Of a stretch of 64,000 nucleotides of DNA, positions 21,458-32,419 are shown in pieces. The notes beneath the pieces were generated by a model. It was not told where the DNA came from, searched no databases, and saw only the letters and a list, made by a program, of their open reading frames with translations. Position 1 is the first letter of the stretch; every line of letters starts with the position of its first letter. Origin of the DNA: a virus; the IMG/VR virus record IMGVR_UViG_3300020383_000006, positions 1 to 64,000 of that record. One strand, written 5' to 3'. The translations under genes were made by a program, and so were the position numbers.

Positions 21458-22378
21458 TTAACCACGAACAACATGACCTTCTATTGTTTGTCTATATTGA
21501 CCCCAACGATGGAAATTTCCGCTCCATGGTTCACCTGATACATCAATATGAGTTACGAATTCTTTATATTCTTCCTCATCTACAATAGGTGTAGCCTGAT
21601 GTTCCGTGGGAGAAGCATGAACAGGTTTTGATTCTACCAATTTACCGTAAATCATTTCGGCTTTATCTAACGAACCGTCTAAAATTCGGTAGCTGGTTTG
21701 GGCTGCACAAGATGATGAAATTTTCAACGCTTGATCTAAGGTAAAATTAACGTTAGCAGGTGTCCAGTAACCATCACCAAAAAACGGTGTATGCCATTCA
21801 CCTTTATTTAGAACAATCGGTTTACTTTGAGCCATTCCCTCACGCATCGCTTTAGCGAGTACTTGAATTTCCGGTTGAGCATCTTCGTGATTTCGTAAAG
21901 CAAACCAATTATTAAATTCAGTTGCAGTAACAAGAACTTTGTATCGTTCAAACGGTTCAAGGATACGGCAAGCAATTTGTTTATGTAGATTAAGTTTCAT
22001 AAAGCCCCAAGCGAACACACAAGCAACTTTAGAAGCAAACCTCCATAAACCCCTTAGTAACTTTCTTTTAAATCCGCTGTGTTCTTTTGCGGCTTGCATA
22101 CCTGACTTATTGACACCCCAATGAACAGGCATTGCTGGGTTATTCCAAATCATAGACAATTTCTTTTTAACTGGGATAGCCCTTGATGATGCCGCATTTC
22201 TTGAAAAAAGGCGATGTGTCATTAATTCTGCATGGATAAATCTAGGGTATTCTAACAAGTACGTTGTAATTCGCTTTTCTTTACCTGTATTTTCAGTTTC
22301 ATAACTGAAAACAGAATCAGCAACAACCTCAGCACTAATCCCTTCATCTAATACAATTTTAATGTTGTTTTTATGCAT
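21458..22378 (-). CDS. thyX: Flavin-dependent thymidylate synthase
   Basis: PRFIHAELMTHRLFSRNAASSRAIP, ALR..DAQPEI, HASP.EH. Confidence 0.9.
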   Translation of the reverse strand: MHKNNIKIVLDEGISAEVVADSVFSYETENTGKEKRITTYLLEYPRFIHAELMTHRLFSRNAASSRAIPVKKKLSMIWNNPAMPVHWGVNKSGMQAAKEHSGFKRKLLRGLWRFASKVACVFAWGFMKLNLHKQIACRILEPFERYKVLVTATEFNNWFALRNHEDAQPEIQVLAKAMREGMAQSKPIVLNKGEWHTPFFGDGYWTPANVNFTLDQALKISSSCAAQTSYRILDGSLDKAEMIYGKLVESKPVHASPTEHQATPIVDEEEYKEFVTHIDVSGEPWSGNFHRWGQYRQTIEGHVVRG

Positions 22379-23325
22379 TATAATTCTTCCCCAAATTCGT
22401 AGTAAAACAAAGCACGTACTGTAGCACGTAACCCATAATTTCTAGTTAAATTCTTAAATAATTGTTGAGGGTTATAGATAGTTCTATCTTTAATTGTTTT
22501 AACATATTCAGCTAATTTGCCTGAAGAATATATTTTACCTCGAGAACCAAGTAAATGATACCCATTATTTTCAGCTAATTTTAATAACATAATAACGTCA
22601 TCTAGACTAGTTGCATAACGAATGTCACGAAGGTAAGGGCAACAATTATCCTTTAATCTAATGTATTCATCATCACGAAGGTCAATGGTTGTTTTTCCTT
22701 CTTTTAAACTGTAAACATTATTTTTAAGTTTGATCGCCCTTTTTGTTTCATCTATGAGTTTTATTTCAGATCCCCTGTTATCAATAACGTCCTTTAATCG
22801 TTCATCAACGATTTTAAAAATATAATCAAGATCCATACTGTTACGCATGTTTAGGTATATAGCGCCTTTATAGTGATTAACATAGTTTCTAGAATCACCG
22901 TCAAACGTAGTTCCTGGGCGTGAACACTGAACAATAATCATTTTACCATCAGTTGCTTCATAAACTGGACCAAATTCTTCACGGAAACCACCATCAGAAA
23001 CAACATTAACGCCTTCTTTTAATGAACTGGCTAACATTTGGCCGAAATGAGCCTTCCCAAGTTTCGGTTTAATTTTGTTTTCAGAAGTATCAATCAGTGC
23101 TTGGCGCTTAGAGAAACCGTCTAACGCTTCTTGCGGTTCTTCTTTGTTATCATTATAACCGTTCATAAACCATTCTAATGAAACACCGAATCGTTCACAA
23201 GTTGCTATAAACAATTGTTCTTTGAATTCTAAGTGATTCCACCCGTACCTTTCAGACAAATAATTACAACAAGCATCTTTACCTGATTTCGGTGGACTAT
23301 TAAAAATAACAGCTACTTTACTCAT
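22378..23325 (-). CDS. Deoxynucleoside monophosphate kinase with C-terminal extension
   Basis: P-loop NSPPKSGKD, SKRQALI, VVSDGGFREE, FDGDSR. Confidence 0.8.
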   Translation of the reverse strand: MSKVAVIFNSPPKSGKDACCNYLSERYGWNHLEFKEQLFIATCERFGVSLEWFMNGYNDNKEEPQEALDGFSKRQALIDTSENKIKPKLGKAHFGQMLASSLKEGVNVVSDGGFREEFGPVYEATDGKMIIVQCSRPGTTFDGDSRNYVNHYKGAIYLNMRNSMDLDYIFKIVDERLKDVIDNRGSEIKLIDETKRAIKLKNNVYSLKEGKTTIDLRDDEYIRLKDNCCPYLRDIRYATSLDDVIMLLKLAENNGYHLLGSRGKIYSSGKLAEYVKTIKDRTIYNPQQLFKNLTRNYGLRATVRALFYYEFGEEL

Positions 23326-23554
23326 TATACAAACCCTCAATTATTTTATCAAGTTCCCTTCTTCGCATAGAATTAAAACTTTTTTGGTTTTCCCTTTTAT
23401 ATTCTATTTCAATATAATCGGTTTCAATATAAGGTTTAGAAAGAACTTGTTTAATAACAAATTGTCTTATATCTTCATCATTAGGAAATCCATGAGGGAA
23501 CCGTAGTTCCCCCTCTTCGATATTTTTATGATACAACTTAACTATGTTCATATA

Positions 23555-24952
23555 TTAATTCTTAATCATGTCTAATGCTTCAACACACGATCCCAGAATT
23601 TCATAACAACGTTCACGTGAATCAGCTTCATTTTTATCATCACGCCATTCGACAAATCGAGGCAAAAATAATGATAACCCGTTTTCAGTTTGGGTTATAT
23701 CATTTGCTCGAATGGTTGCTACTTTACCGGAATCAACCCAATCTTGAACGTATTTAACCCATTCTTTTCTTTCGTCTTCTTTGTAACCACCACCAACAGA
23801 AACTTCAATATCACCTTCTGAAGACTGGAAAGTAATTGCACCGAGACAATCTTTAAATTGACCTTTACCATATTTCCATGCAACAGCCTTCATTTCAATA
23901 TCAAAAACAACCTTAACTTTAACTTGTTCTTTAGAAGTACCGTCTTTCCATTGCATTGAAAAATTCTTAATGACAGTTCCTTCCTCACCAACTTCACGCA
24001 TTTTCTTGAAGTGTTCAAGAATTTCTTGAGTATCATTACAAACTTCGGTGTCAACAATATATAAGTTGTTTACGTTATAGTCATTGGATAATGATTCTAA
24101 CGTTTCTTCTAATTGCAGAAATCGTTCCTGATAAGTATAGTCAAACTTTTTCTTTAGGAAATGTTTATAAGGAATAATATCCCAACAAAAGAATGCTACG
24201 TCATCAAAATTAACTGAATCTGAATTTAAAAACCCGTTTGATTCTTGACGATTCATTAATAACGTTTCTGGGTTTTCTTCTTGTGAATACGCTACTGCTT
24301 CACCACTTAAAACAAATTCCATTTCATTGTCTTTAGCGTAGTTCATTAATAATTTTTCTTTTTCAGGGTTTCTCATATCTAAAAAAGAACCGCTACGACT
24401 ACGGAATTCAACTTTATTCGGAGTAACAACAATGTCAATATAAAGCCCATCCATTTTAGTTTGCGAATAACAAGGGACTTTAATGTTTTCTAAGTTCTTT
24501 TTAGAGAAAGAGGAACAACGCATATAAGGATGGATATAGATAAGGTCGGTGAATACCTTATTAATCGTTTTTGCGGAGATACCAGCTCTTAGGTCGCGTT
24601 TAATGACACGTTTAAATACTTCCGCATTATCGTCACTCAATAATTGGTAATTTTGTTCAACCCATTGTTTTGCTGCATTACCCGTAATCATACGTTTACC
24701 TATGATATTCATTAAATCATAGATAGATTGAAACAAAGGAATTGTGCCTGTTTCATTGGGTTCACGATTTTCATCAAATTCTCTGATATAATAATCGTAT
24801 GAAGAATCATATGTAGCAATAAACAACATTTCGTAAAATGAACGAATATTTTTATCAGTGTTTTTTATTTCTTCAAGGAGGGATATTTTTTCATTCCGTT
24901 TTGAGGTAGAAGCAATTTCCTCAATAACGGATAAAGGTTTCATAAGATCCAT
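23555..24952 (-). CDS. 30: ATP-dependent DNA ligase
   Basis: KMDG adenylation motif, SRSG, EEGTVIK, SLFLPRFVEWRDDK. Confidence 0.95.
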   Translation of the reverse strand: MDLMKPLSVIEEIASTSKRNEKISLLEEIKNTDKNIRSFYEMLFIATYDSSYDYYIREFDENREPNETGTIPLFQSIYDLMNIIGKRMITGNAAKQWVEQNYQLLSDDNAEVFKRVIKRDLRAGISAKTINKVFTDLIYIHPYMRCSSFSKKNLENIKVPCYSQTKMDGLYIDIVVTPNKVEFRSRSGSFLDMRNPEKEKLLMNYAKDNEMEFVLSGEAVAYSQEENPETLLMNRQESNGFLNSDSVNFDDVAFFCWDIIPYKHFLKKKFDYTYQERFLQLEETLESLSNDYNVNNLYIVDTEVCNDTQEILEHFKKMREVGEEGTVIKNFSMQWKDGTSKEQVKVKVVFDIEMKAVAWKYGKGQFKDCLGAITFQSSEGDIEVSVGGGYKEDERKEWVKYVQDWVDSGKVATIRANDITQTENGLSLFLPRFVEWRDDKNEADSRERCYEILGSCVEALDMIKN

Positions 24953-24964
24953 AGCAATCCTTAA

Positions 24965-25237
24965 TCAATATAATTTAGAACAATTAGTAAATGATAATTT
25001 ACAGTCAGGAATAAACCGTTGGCTGTAAGATACGCTTACAGGATATATACCTGAAGTATATCTTTGGTTGGTTAAAGGGTCTTTTGAAGATATTTTAATT
25101 TTACCTTCATGTATATCAGTTAATATAACTTCAAAATCAGCGTTTTTCATATAGTAATGTTCAACAAAAATAAAAGTTGAAACAGAACCAATGAAAAACG
25201 ATGAAATGAATAATAAAATAACTTTGTAGAATTTCAT
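24965..25237 (-). CDS. Small membrane-anchored hypothetical protein
   Basis: N-terminal hydrophobic helix. Confidence 0.5.
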   Translation of the reverse strand: MKFYKVILLFISSFFIGSVSTFIFVEHYYMKNADFEVILTDIHEGKIKISSKDPLTNQRYTSGIYPVSVSYSQRFIPDCKLSFTNCSKLY

Positions 25238-25406
25238 GTTCTTATTGGATTCCTGGGGCAGGATAGATAGCGTATAAGAACATCAATAAACCAATAAATC
25301 CGAAAACAATAATTGCAACGAATTTAACTATTTTTTTAAAAATACTCCACATAATATAATCCTCATTCAATGGTTACATAATTAAACTTAACAACAAAGT
25401 GAGTTC

Positions 25407-25435
25407 ATTATATACCGATTGAATGAGGAAGTAAA
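25407..25435 (-). promoter_or_regulatory. T4-type early promoter
   Basis: TTTACT-N17-TATAAT. Confidence 0.8.
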
Positions 25436-25445
25436 GTTATTGAGT

Positions 25446-26594
25446 TTAAATCATCTTTAACTCATCTAAGAAACTACGACTAACGTCTTGGTCAATTTGG
25501 TTTGTTAAATATGAAGTCAGTTCAGTTTCTTGTGGAGCAACCTGAACTTCATTGTTATTCAACCATTTACGCATCCATGGTAATGGGTTTTCTTTAACTT
25601 GTTTAAATGGAGAGTCTAATCCAACTGCACGCATTCTTTGGTCAGCAATATATTCGATGTACTGACAAAGAATTTTCTCATTTAATCCTCCACGAACATT
25701 ACCCTTGCTAAACAAGTATCTAGCCCAAATCTTTTCTTGTTCAACTGCATCAAGGAATAACTTAATTGCTTCATGGCGCAAATCCTCAGCAATTTCTTGC
25801 ATTTCAGGGTCATCTTTACCACGATGCCAAAGTTGAATAATGAATTGCGTGCCTTTAAGGTGCAAGGCTTCGTCACGGGCAATCAACTTAATGATTTTCG
25901 CGTTACCTTCCATTAATTTGTTTTCAGCAAAATTAAACGAACACGCAAATGAAACGTAAAAGCGAATAGCTTCAAGGATGTTCACTGACATCATGGTCAA
26001 ATAAAGTTTTTCTTTAACTTTACGACGCAAAACTTCTTCAACTTCAACTAGCGTATCATCTAAATGCCAATTAGGGTTTTCATGTAGCGTTTGCCATTTT
26101 CTAGCGACGCTCATCAAATCATCATATAATTTAGATACCGAATCAGCCCGTTCCATAATTTCATCAATTAATACGATTCCATCAAATTCTTTTGCTGGAT
26201 CGTTATAAACGTTACGCATAATATGCGTATATGAACGGCTATGAATAGTTTCGCTCCAAGACCAAGTTTCAATCCACGTTTCAAGCGTTTGGTCACTAAC
26301 AATAGGCAAAAATGCCATGTTGGGTGCACGACCCTGAATACTATCCAACAACGTTTGATATTTCAAATTAGAAGTGAAAACGTGCTTTTCAGCTTCGGTC
26401 AATTTACTAAAATCAATTGAGTCACGTGTTAAATCAACTTCTTCAGGTCGCCAAAAGAACGATAATTGTTTTTCAATTAAGTTTTCAATTTGGGAATATT
26501 TTTGTGACTCATAACGAGCAATTCCTAAATCTTCCCCTAAAAATAGAGGTTGACTGAGATGGTCAACCTTGTTTTTATTAAAAATGCTTGTCAT
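25446..26594 (-). CDS. nrdB: Ribonucleotide reductase class Ia beta subunit
   Basis: FFWRPEEVDL, ETIHSRSY, EAIRFYVSF, RDEALH, QVAPQE. Confidence 0.98.
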   Translation of the reverse strand: MTSIFNKNKVDHLSQPLFLGEDLGIARYESQKYSQIENLIEKQLSFFWRPEEVDLTRDSIDFSKLTEAEKHVFTSNLKYQTLLDSIQGRAPNMAFLPIVSDQTLETWIETWSWSETIHSRSYTHIMRNVYNDPAKEFDGIVLIDEIMERADSVSKLYDDLMSVARKWQTLHENPNWHLDDTLVEVEEVLRRKVKEKLYLTMMSVNILEAIRFYVSFACSFNFAENKLMEGNAKIIKLIARDEALHLKGTQFIIQLWHRGKDDPEMQEIAEDLRHEAIKLFLDAVEQEKIWARYLFSKGNVRGGLNEKILCQYIEYIADQRMRAVGLDSPFKQVKENPLPWMRKWLNNNEVQVAPQETELTSYLTNQIDQDVSRSFLDELKMI

Positions 26595-28888
26595 ATTGTA
26601 CAACCCTCGCAATCATCTTCGACAATAGAATCTTGAATAGACGGTAATGGTTTATCTTGAACTTCTTCAGTTGCATCAGAACCATCTTTAGTGTTGTTGT
26701 AATAAAGTGTTTTTAAACCAATCCTATTGGCATAGTATAAGTTTTTTATCAACACTGTTAAAGGTATTTTACCTTTTGGGTAGATTTCTGGAACATGATA
26801 CTCATTTGCAGAAATACTTTGGTCACCCCATTTTTGAATAACTGCACATAAGTCAAAATACCCTTTATTTCCACGCTCAGCCATCTCCCAAGCATATTCA
26901 TACAAATTACCAAGTGATTCAACTTCAGGAACAACTTGGTTAAATACACCGTCTTTCGAGCCTTTAGTTGAAACAGGTCCTCTTGGTGGTTCTATTCCGT
27001 TAGTAGCGTTCAAGACTTGTGAACTTGATTCACTAGGCATAAACGCAGTCAAAGTAGAATTTCTTAAACCAAATTTAACAATTTTATCACGCAAACCATC
27101 CCAATTTTCTCTCAAATCATAATTTAGATGAGGGAAATCATGCGCTTTTTGTTTTCTATCCTGAGGCAAATAACCTAAAGCATAACTTGTTTGATCATAA
27201 TACTTACAAGCCCCACGTTCAGCAGCCAAATCAGAACTAGCGTTTAATAACCAATATTGCATTGATTCAAAGAATTCATGGGTAGCTTTAAGACCTGAGC
27301 CATCAGAATAGCGCATACCTTGTTTAGCCAACCAATAAGCATAATTTACAACACCAATACCCAAACTTCTGCGATATTTTGCTTTTAATGCTTCATTTAC
27401 TGGATAATCTTGGTAATCTAAAAGGTTATCTAATGCACGAACAATAATTTTTGAAAGTTCAGGTAGTTCAGCAGTAGTAACGTTACCCATATTAAATGCC
27501 GCTAAAGTACAAAGCGCAATTTCACCTGCATCCCGGTCTTCATCATCAACTGGTTCAGTCGGTAAAGTAATTTCAGCACATAGGTTACTCATTTTAACAG
27601 GAGCAACTTTAGAATTAAACGCACTATTTTCATTTGCGTTATCAACAAACATAGGATAAACCCTACCAGTAGAACAGCGCTCAATTGCAAACTGGTGAAT
27701 TATATCAGAAGCTTTAATTCTCTTTTGAACGATTAATGGGTTATTTTCAAGTTCTTCATACAAGCGTTTAAATTTTTCTTTGTCAGAATAAAATGCATCA
27801 TACAATTCACCACCCATAACATTAGGACTGAACAGCGTAATATATTCATCTTCTAAATACCGTTCAAATAAGAAATCATTTAATTGAACACCATAATCTA
27901 ATTCACGGATACGATTCTCTTCCACGCCACGGTTATTTTTAAGGACTAATAGTTTTTCAACTTCTAAGTGCCAAAAAGGATAATAAAGCGTGGCTGAACC
28001 ACCTCTAATTCCGCCCTGTGAGCAAGATTTAACAGACGATTTGAACCCTTTCCAGAACGGTATCACCCCAGTATGTTTAACCTCGCCAGATCGGATTTTA
28101 GAGCCTTCTGCACGTATTCCTCCACCCAAAATACCAATACCAGCTCTACGTGAAATATATTTTACAATACATGAGTTTGTTCTGTTGATTGAATCTAGTG
28201 TGTCACCTGATTCAATCAAAACACAAGAACTGAATTGTCTAGTTGGGGTACGAACACCACCCATAATTGGCGTTGGTAAACTGAATTTGCGTTTGGCGGC
28301 AGACGAATAAAATTTTATTGTATGAAGCGTTCTATCATACTTTTCATTTTGGTGTAAACACATAGCAATAAGCATGTAAGCATATTGCGGTGTTTCAAAA
28401 ATTTGACCAGTTGAACGATCTTTAACCAAATACTTTTCAATTAATTGCATTGCACCAGCGTATGAAAAAGTCATATCTAGGTTATGGTTAATATGCGTTT
28501 CTAAATAATCAATTTCTTCTTTAGACCATTTTTCTAATATTTCTTTATCGTAAACACCACGCTCAACGTTTCGTTTAATTAAAGAATAGAAGCTGATTGG
28601 TCTAAAACCACCGTACACTTGTTTGCGCAAACCGAACATTCTAAGTCTTGCTGCAACGTATTGGTATTCAGGTTCTTGTTCAGAAATTCTATCTGCTGCT
28701 AATTTAACTAAGTTATTTTGAATTTCTTCAGTTGTAATACCATCATACAAATGGGTTCGAATAGAATTCATTAGGGTTCTAATGATATATTCTTGATTAT
28801 TTAGATTTTGTGTAGACCAGGAAATAACCCTTTCTATTTTTGAACCTTCAAACGTTTCGGTTACACCTGAACTTTTAGTTACTTGCAT
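26591..28888 (-). CDS. nrdA: Ribonucleotide reductase class Ia alpha subunit
   Basis: ATP cone, RQFSSC, SNLCAEI, KTLYY, C-terminal CEGC. Confidence 0.98.
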   Translation of the reverse strand: MQVTKSSGVTETFEGSKIERVISWSTQNLNNQEYIIRTLMNSIRTHLYDGITTEEIQNNLVKLAADRISEQEPEYQYVAARLRMFGLRKQVYGGFRPISFYSLIKRNVERGVYDKEILEKWSKEEIDYLETHINHNLDMTFSYAGAMQLIEKYLVKDRSTGQIFETPQYAYMLIAMCLHQNEKYDRTLHTIKFYSSAAKRKFSLPTPIMGGVRTPTRQFSSCVLIESGDTLDSINRTNSCIVKYISRRAGIGILGGGIRAEGSKIRSGEVKHTGVIPFWKGFKSSVKSCSQGGIRGGSATLYYPFWHLEVEKLLVLKNNRGVEENRIRELDYGVQLNDFLFERYLEDEYITLFSPNVMGGELYDAFYSDKEKFKRLYEELENNPLIVQKRIKASDIIHQFAIERCSTGRVYPMFVDNANENSAFNSKVAPVKMSNLCAEITLPTEPVDDEDRDAGEIALCTLAAFNMGNVTTAELPELSKIIVRALDNLLDYQDYPVNEALKAKYRRSLGIGVVNYAYWLAKQGMRYSDGSGLKATHEFFESMQYWLLNASSDLAAERGACKYYDQTSYALGYLPQDRKQKAHDFPHLNYDLRENWDGLRDKIVKFGLRNSTLTAFMPSESSSQVLNATNGIEPPRGPVSTKGSKDGVFNQVVPEVESLGNLYEYAWEMAERGNKGYFDLCAVIQKWGDQSISANEYHVPEIYPKGKIPLTVLIKNLYYANRIGLKTLYYNNTKDGSDATEEVQDKPLPSIQDSIVEDDCEGCTI

Positions 28889-28914
28889 CTACATATTCCT
28901 CTAAAAGTTAGACA

Positions 28915-28940
28915 AAAAAGGGGTAGTTTCCTACCCCTTT
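28915..28940 (-). terminator. Intrinsic terminator after gene 32
   Basis: AAAAGGGGTAG-GAAA-CTACCCCTTTTT on the minus strand. Confidence 0.85.
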
Positions 28941-28965
28941 TGGAAATTTTTATTTATTTTTAGAA

Positions 28966-29970
28966 TTAACTTTGACCAGCTAAACGCTTAAATTTAGCTA
29001 CGGGATCTTCCTCATCCTCATCATCATCTTCTTCATCATTTTCATCTGATTCAGATTCGTTATCAGGTTCAAAAGGCGGTTTATCATTTTCGTCTTTATC
29101 ACCGTGATCAACGTTTTCTTCTAATTCTTTTTCTTTACGGTCATCTTCCATTGATTCCTCAACGCCTTCTTCAGACAACCAATTATAAGGCTTTTTCATA
29201 ACGTCTTTAAAGCGTTTTGCAACCTTTTCAAAAGAATCGAATTTCTCAGGGTCAACAAACTCTGATAATTCGTAAGTTTGTTCTACGATTTCTTCAAGTT
29301 TTTCTTCGTCACCATCCATAAATTCAGAAGGATCTGCAAAACTTGCTTTATCATAATTTGGAACAGTAACTTTTTTGCCAGTACGTGAATCAGGAATTTC
29401 AGTTCCTACCATACGAACTATAAAATCAGAGCCTTCCCAAAGGTCAAACGGATCCATAGGTTCTTGGTCGTCAAACTCAGGTTGGATAGCTTCTTTAATT
29501 TTCTTGTAGATAGCTGGACCAAATTGCCAGATGAAAACTTTACCTTCGTTATCAGGAACTTCATCATCCTTAACAATATAAACATTAGCAAAATATTTAC
29601 GTTTCGGTAAGAACTTCAAACATTGTTTTTTGAGGTTCTCATTTTGTTCAGCTTTAGCTTTACGGAAACCGTTGATTGCTGCAATTTGAACAGGGTCATC
29701 TTCATTGAGTGTTTGACGAGCAAGCCCGTAGAAATTACCGCCAGGACCTTGGAAACTATAACTTAATTGTTCCACGAACGGTTCACCATCGGCAGGAGGA
29801 AGTAAACGCACGATACAAGTACCTTTACCCTTATCAGCATTAAATTTCGGTTTCCAGATTCGTTCGTCGCGTTTACCGCCACCGCCTGATTGCTGTTCAA
29901 CCTTTTCTTGCAATTCTTTAAGGTTTTTACCGCGTTTCTTTTTCAGTTGTGCTAATCTTGACATAGTCAA
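28966..29970 (-). CDS. 32: Single-stranded DNA-binding protein
   Basis: DERIWKP, IVRLLP, YFANVYIVKD..NEGKVF, PFDLWEG.DF, NYD; acidic tail. Confidence 0.95.
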   Translation of the reverse strand: MTMSRLAQLKKKRGKNLKELQEKVEQQSGGGGKRDERIWKPKFNADKGKGTCIVRLLPPADGEPFVEQLSYSFQGPGGNFYGLARQTLNEDDPVQIAAINGFRKAKAEQNENLKKQCLKFLPKRKYFANVYIVKDDEVPDNEGKVFIWQFGPAIYKKIKEAIQPEFDDQEPMDPFDLWEGSDFIVRMVGTEIPDSRTGKKVTVPNYDKASFADPSEFMDGDEEKLEEIVEQTYELSEFVDPEKFDSFEKVAKRFKDVMKKPYNWLSEEGVEESMEDDRKEKELEENVDHGDKDENDKPPFEPDNESESDENDEEDDDEDEEDPVAKFKRLAGQS

Positions 29971-30015
29971 TTTACCTTCTATTTTACTTTTATATTACCA
30001 GTCTAGACGTATGTG

Positions 30016-30687
30016 TTACTGAGTTTCTTTAAATAAAGAACGAAAGATTTCGTAAATACGAGTTTCATCAAGAGCAACATATAAAACTTGTTTTACTAGA
30101 TCTGACCTTTCCACAAACTCATCCCACATAATTATGTCTTTACTGCGCTCTTTGTTTATAACCCCATTCATATTTGGCGTCATATACAAATCTATTAGCA
30201 ACAAAGTATAGTATGAAATGATACCGTCTTTGTGTGCTTCGTAAAGTAATGGATAATTTACCCCATCAGCTTCTACGTATGAATCAATTCTATATTGATT
30301 TTTTACATTAGTAAAGGTTGTTTGCGTCAAATTATGTAAATCTTTTTCTAACTCAATATAGAATTTATCTAATAATTCTTGGAGTGTATCGGTGTCGTAC
30401 ATTGCACCGAGTTCTTTATGGATTTTGTTAAATAATGCTTTTTCATTGAACGGTTTTAAATCACCATCAACGAATAACTTAGAGAATAAGAATATTAATT
30501 GCGTTGGTGTGGAGTTCTTTTCTAATTTAGAATATTTCCATCGAAATTTTGATTGAAGGAACGTATCTTCTTTCATAGATACTTTAAAGTGGTATGCTAT
30601 TGCATTATAATCGGTTTTCTGATTAAAGTGCAACTGAAATGATTTAAATAGGCACGCGGCTTTAAAGCCTACAGGTTGATTATTCAT
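30016..30687 (-). CDS. 59: Helicase loader (gp59-like)
   Basis: LHF..TDYN...YHFK pattern; lies between genes 33 and 32 as in T4. Confidence 0.7.
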   Translation of the reverse strand: MNNQPVGFKAACLFKSFQLHFNQKTDYNAIAYHFKVSMKEDTFLQSKFRWKYSKLEKNSTPTQLIFLFSKLFVDGDLKPFNEKALFNKIHKELGAMYDTDTLQELLDKFYIELEKDLHNLTQTTFTNVKNQYRIDSYVEADGVNYPLLYEAHKDGIISYYTLLLIDLYMTPNMNGVINKERSKDIIMWDEFVERSDLVKQVLYVALDETRIYEIFRSLFKETQ

Positions 30688-30908
30688 ATAAGTTTCACCG
30701 TTTCTTCAGGGTTCCTGAACATCCCAACTTCAGATGCTTCTTGTTCAAGGTTTTCAATGATTTTCTTATTTAGCAACTTGGCTATCTGTTCAGGTTCATG
30801 GTCAGATTCATATTCAATAAAATGGGAAATGGTTTCAAGGTAAGTATCAAAACCCTTTTCCTTCTTTAATTCCTCTAACCTTAAATTAAAATCAGTATTA
30901 TTTTTCAT
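30684..30908 (-). CDS. 33: Late transcription co-activator (gp33-like)
   Basis: TYLETI..F.E..D.EPEQIAKLLNKKIIENLEQEA; synteny 33-59-32. Confidence 0.75.
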   Translation of the reverse strand: MKNNTDFNLRLEELKKEKGFDTYLETISHFIEYESDHEPEQIAKLLNKKIIENLEQEASEVGMFRNPEETVKLI

Positions 30909-31086
30909 CTCATACCATTCATAATTTTTACATAAAATAAAAGAAACAAACATACCATTAAAAGGCAAATAACTAAACCTGTTATTGGCAAGTAAATAGA
31001 AAAATCAAAAATAAATGAAGCAGGAATACCTAAGATGCTTAGTATCAAAAGTATTGCCCAACCCCAAATAATAAAATTAATCACAA

Positions 31087-31314
31087 TTAGATACCCATAT
31101 CTTCTAGGTCAGTTTGATCCCAACCATTATCTAATAGGTATTTTTTAAGGTTGTCATATGCTTTCTTATCAGAAGCATCAACAACTAACCCTTCTAAATC
31201 AGCCTTTTGAACTTTAACACCCATTTTCTTTAAAGCAGATGCATGTTCTTTAGCTTTATTTGTAGGAATTTCAATATTTTTACGCGCTTCAGTGAACTGT
31301 TGAAATGATTTCAT
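31087..31314 (-). CDS. Putative internal head protein
   Basis: MKSFQQFTE N-terminus. Confidence 0.6.
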   Translation of the reverse strand: MKSFQQFTEARKNIEIPTNKAKEHASALKKMGVKVQKADLEGLVVDASDKKAYDNLKKYLLDNGWDQTDLEDMGI

Positions 31315-31326
31315 TTGTTTTAATCC

Positions 31327-31617
31327 TTATGAAATATAAAAATTTAATTCGAATGGGTTACTATTACCGCCACGGTTATAAACTTGTATGTTTAGTGACG
31401 TTTTAGACCAACTACCAGCTCTATACAAAGGAATTTGTAATCTAGTAGTATCGCCTTCTTTCGGTCTGTTTGAATTTAAACCGACAATTTGAGCAACTTC
31501 CCCTTCATCAACTTGATATTTCTTTTTTGCATCATTTAAAGCGTATTCAACCGCTTCAGTATAAGAAGGAAAGTAAAGTTGTTTTTTAGATTCAGTGAAT
31601 TGTTTGAAAGTTTTCAT
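31327..31617 (-). CDS. Putative internal head protein
   Basis: MKTFKQFTE N-terminus. Confidence 0.6.
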   Translation of the reverse strand: MKTFKQFTESKKQLYFPSYTEAVEYALNDAKKKYQVDEGEVAQIVGLNSNRPKEGDTTRLQIPLYRAGSWSKTSLNIQVYNRGGNSNPFELNFYIS

Positions 31618-31657
31618 AAATTAACATTCCTTTTGATTATGATTTCATTATACTCGT

Positions 31658-32014
31658 TTATTCACTGTAAGTAAAGCCTTTACAATAAGGATCGTTTTCT
31701 ATATCCACCCTATACGAACAAAATTTTTCCTTCAATTCTAAGTAGTTAGCTTTCCATTTTTCAAGTTGAATCCTTAACCGTTGACCATCATCCCACTCAA
31801 AACACTGAAATACTACGTTATCAGGTTCTTTATTGATCGTTTCTTTTGTTATAACGTGAGGTTCTTGGTATTCAAATATAAATGGTTCAGGTGGCTCAGG
31901 ATGAATAACAGGCTTATTGACCTCAACGGGTTCTCGAATAACTTCCGGTTCACCGAAAATTGAACACCCTGATAAAAGTAAACCAACTAAAATTACTGTT
32001 GTTCTTTTGAACAT
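31658..32014 (-). CDS. Outer-membrane spanin (o-spanin) lipoprotein
   Basis: Lipobox LLSG-C, Pro-rich; overlaps the end of the upstream TM coiled-coil gene. Confidence 0.7.
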   Translation of the reverse strand: MFKRTTVILVGLLLSGCSIFGEPEVIREPVEVNKPVIHPEPPEPFIFEYQEPHVITKETINKEPDNVVFQCFEWDDGQRLRIQLEKWKANYLELKEKFCSYRVDIENDPYCKGFTYSE

Positions 32015-32415
32015 AATTCAACCTCACCGGAAGCACATGAAACTTCCTCATTAAACTTTTTCCATGAACGCCTTAATAGTCTTTCAACCAATTCAGGTTT
32101 AGCAAAAACGGTTTCTTGGCGACCAATCGCTAAATTCAAATCGTATTGTGTTTGTCTAAGATTTGAACGCAATTCAGAAATTGAACGGTTTAGTTCACGT
32201 TGTTTCTTAACTTCTTCTTCTAATTCTAGTTGGTATTGTTCAATAGAATCAGAAAGATTCTTGTTAACTAAATTCAGTTCTTCAATTTTATCTTCTTTTT
32301 GTTGAATCGTTTGTTCCAGTGAATCTACTTTTTCGAACGTGTACCAAACATAACCAACAATCAATAAGATGGATATACCACCAAGAATTTTAGGATTTAG
32401 AAATAGATTCCACAT
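31993..32415 (-). CDS. Inner-membrane spanin (i-spanin)
   Basis: N-terminal TM, long coiled coil, C-terminal cysteines. Confidence 0.7.
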   Translation of the reverse strand: MWNLFLNPKILGGISILLIVGYVWYTFEKVDSLEQTIQQKEDKIEELNLVNKNLSDSIEQYQLELEEEVKKQRELNRSISELRSNLRQTQYDLNLAIGRQETVFAKPELVERLLRRSWKKFNEEVSCASGEVELCSKEQQ

Positions 32416-32419
32416 AATT

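Noticed and set aside
25446-28888. Introns, inteins or homing endonucleases in nrdA/nrdB, and a gene-60-type bypass in topoisomerase
   Set aside because: ORFs are continuous and of normal length
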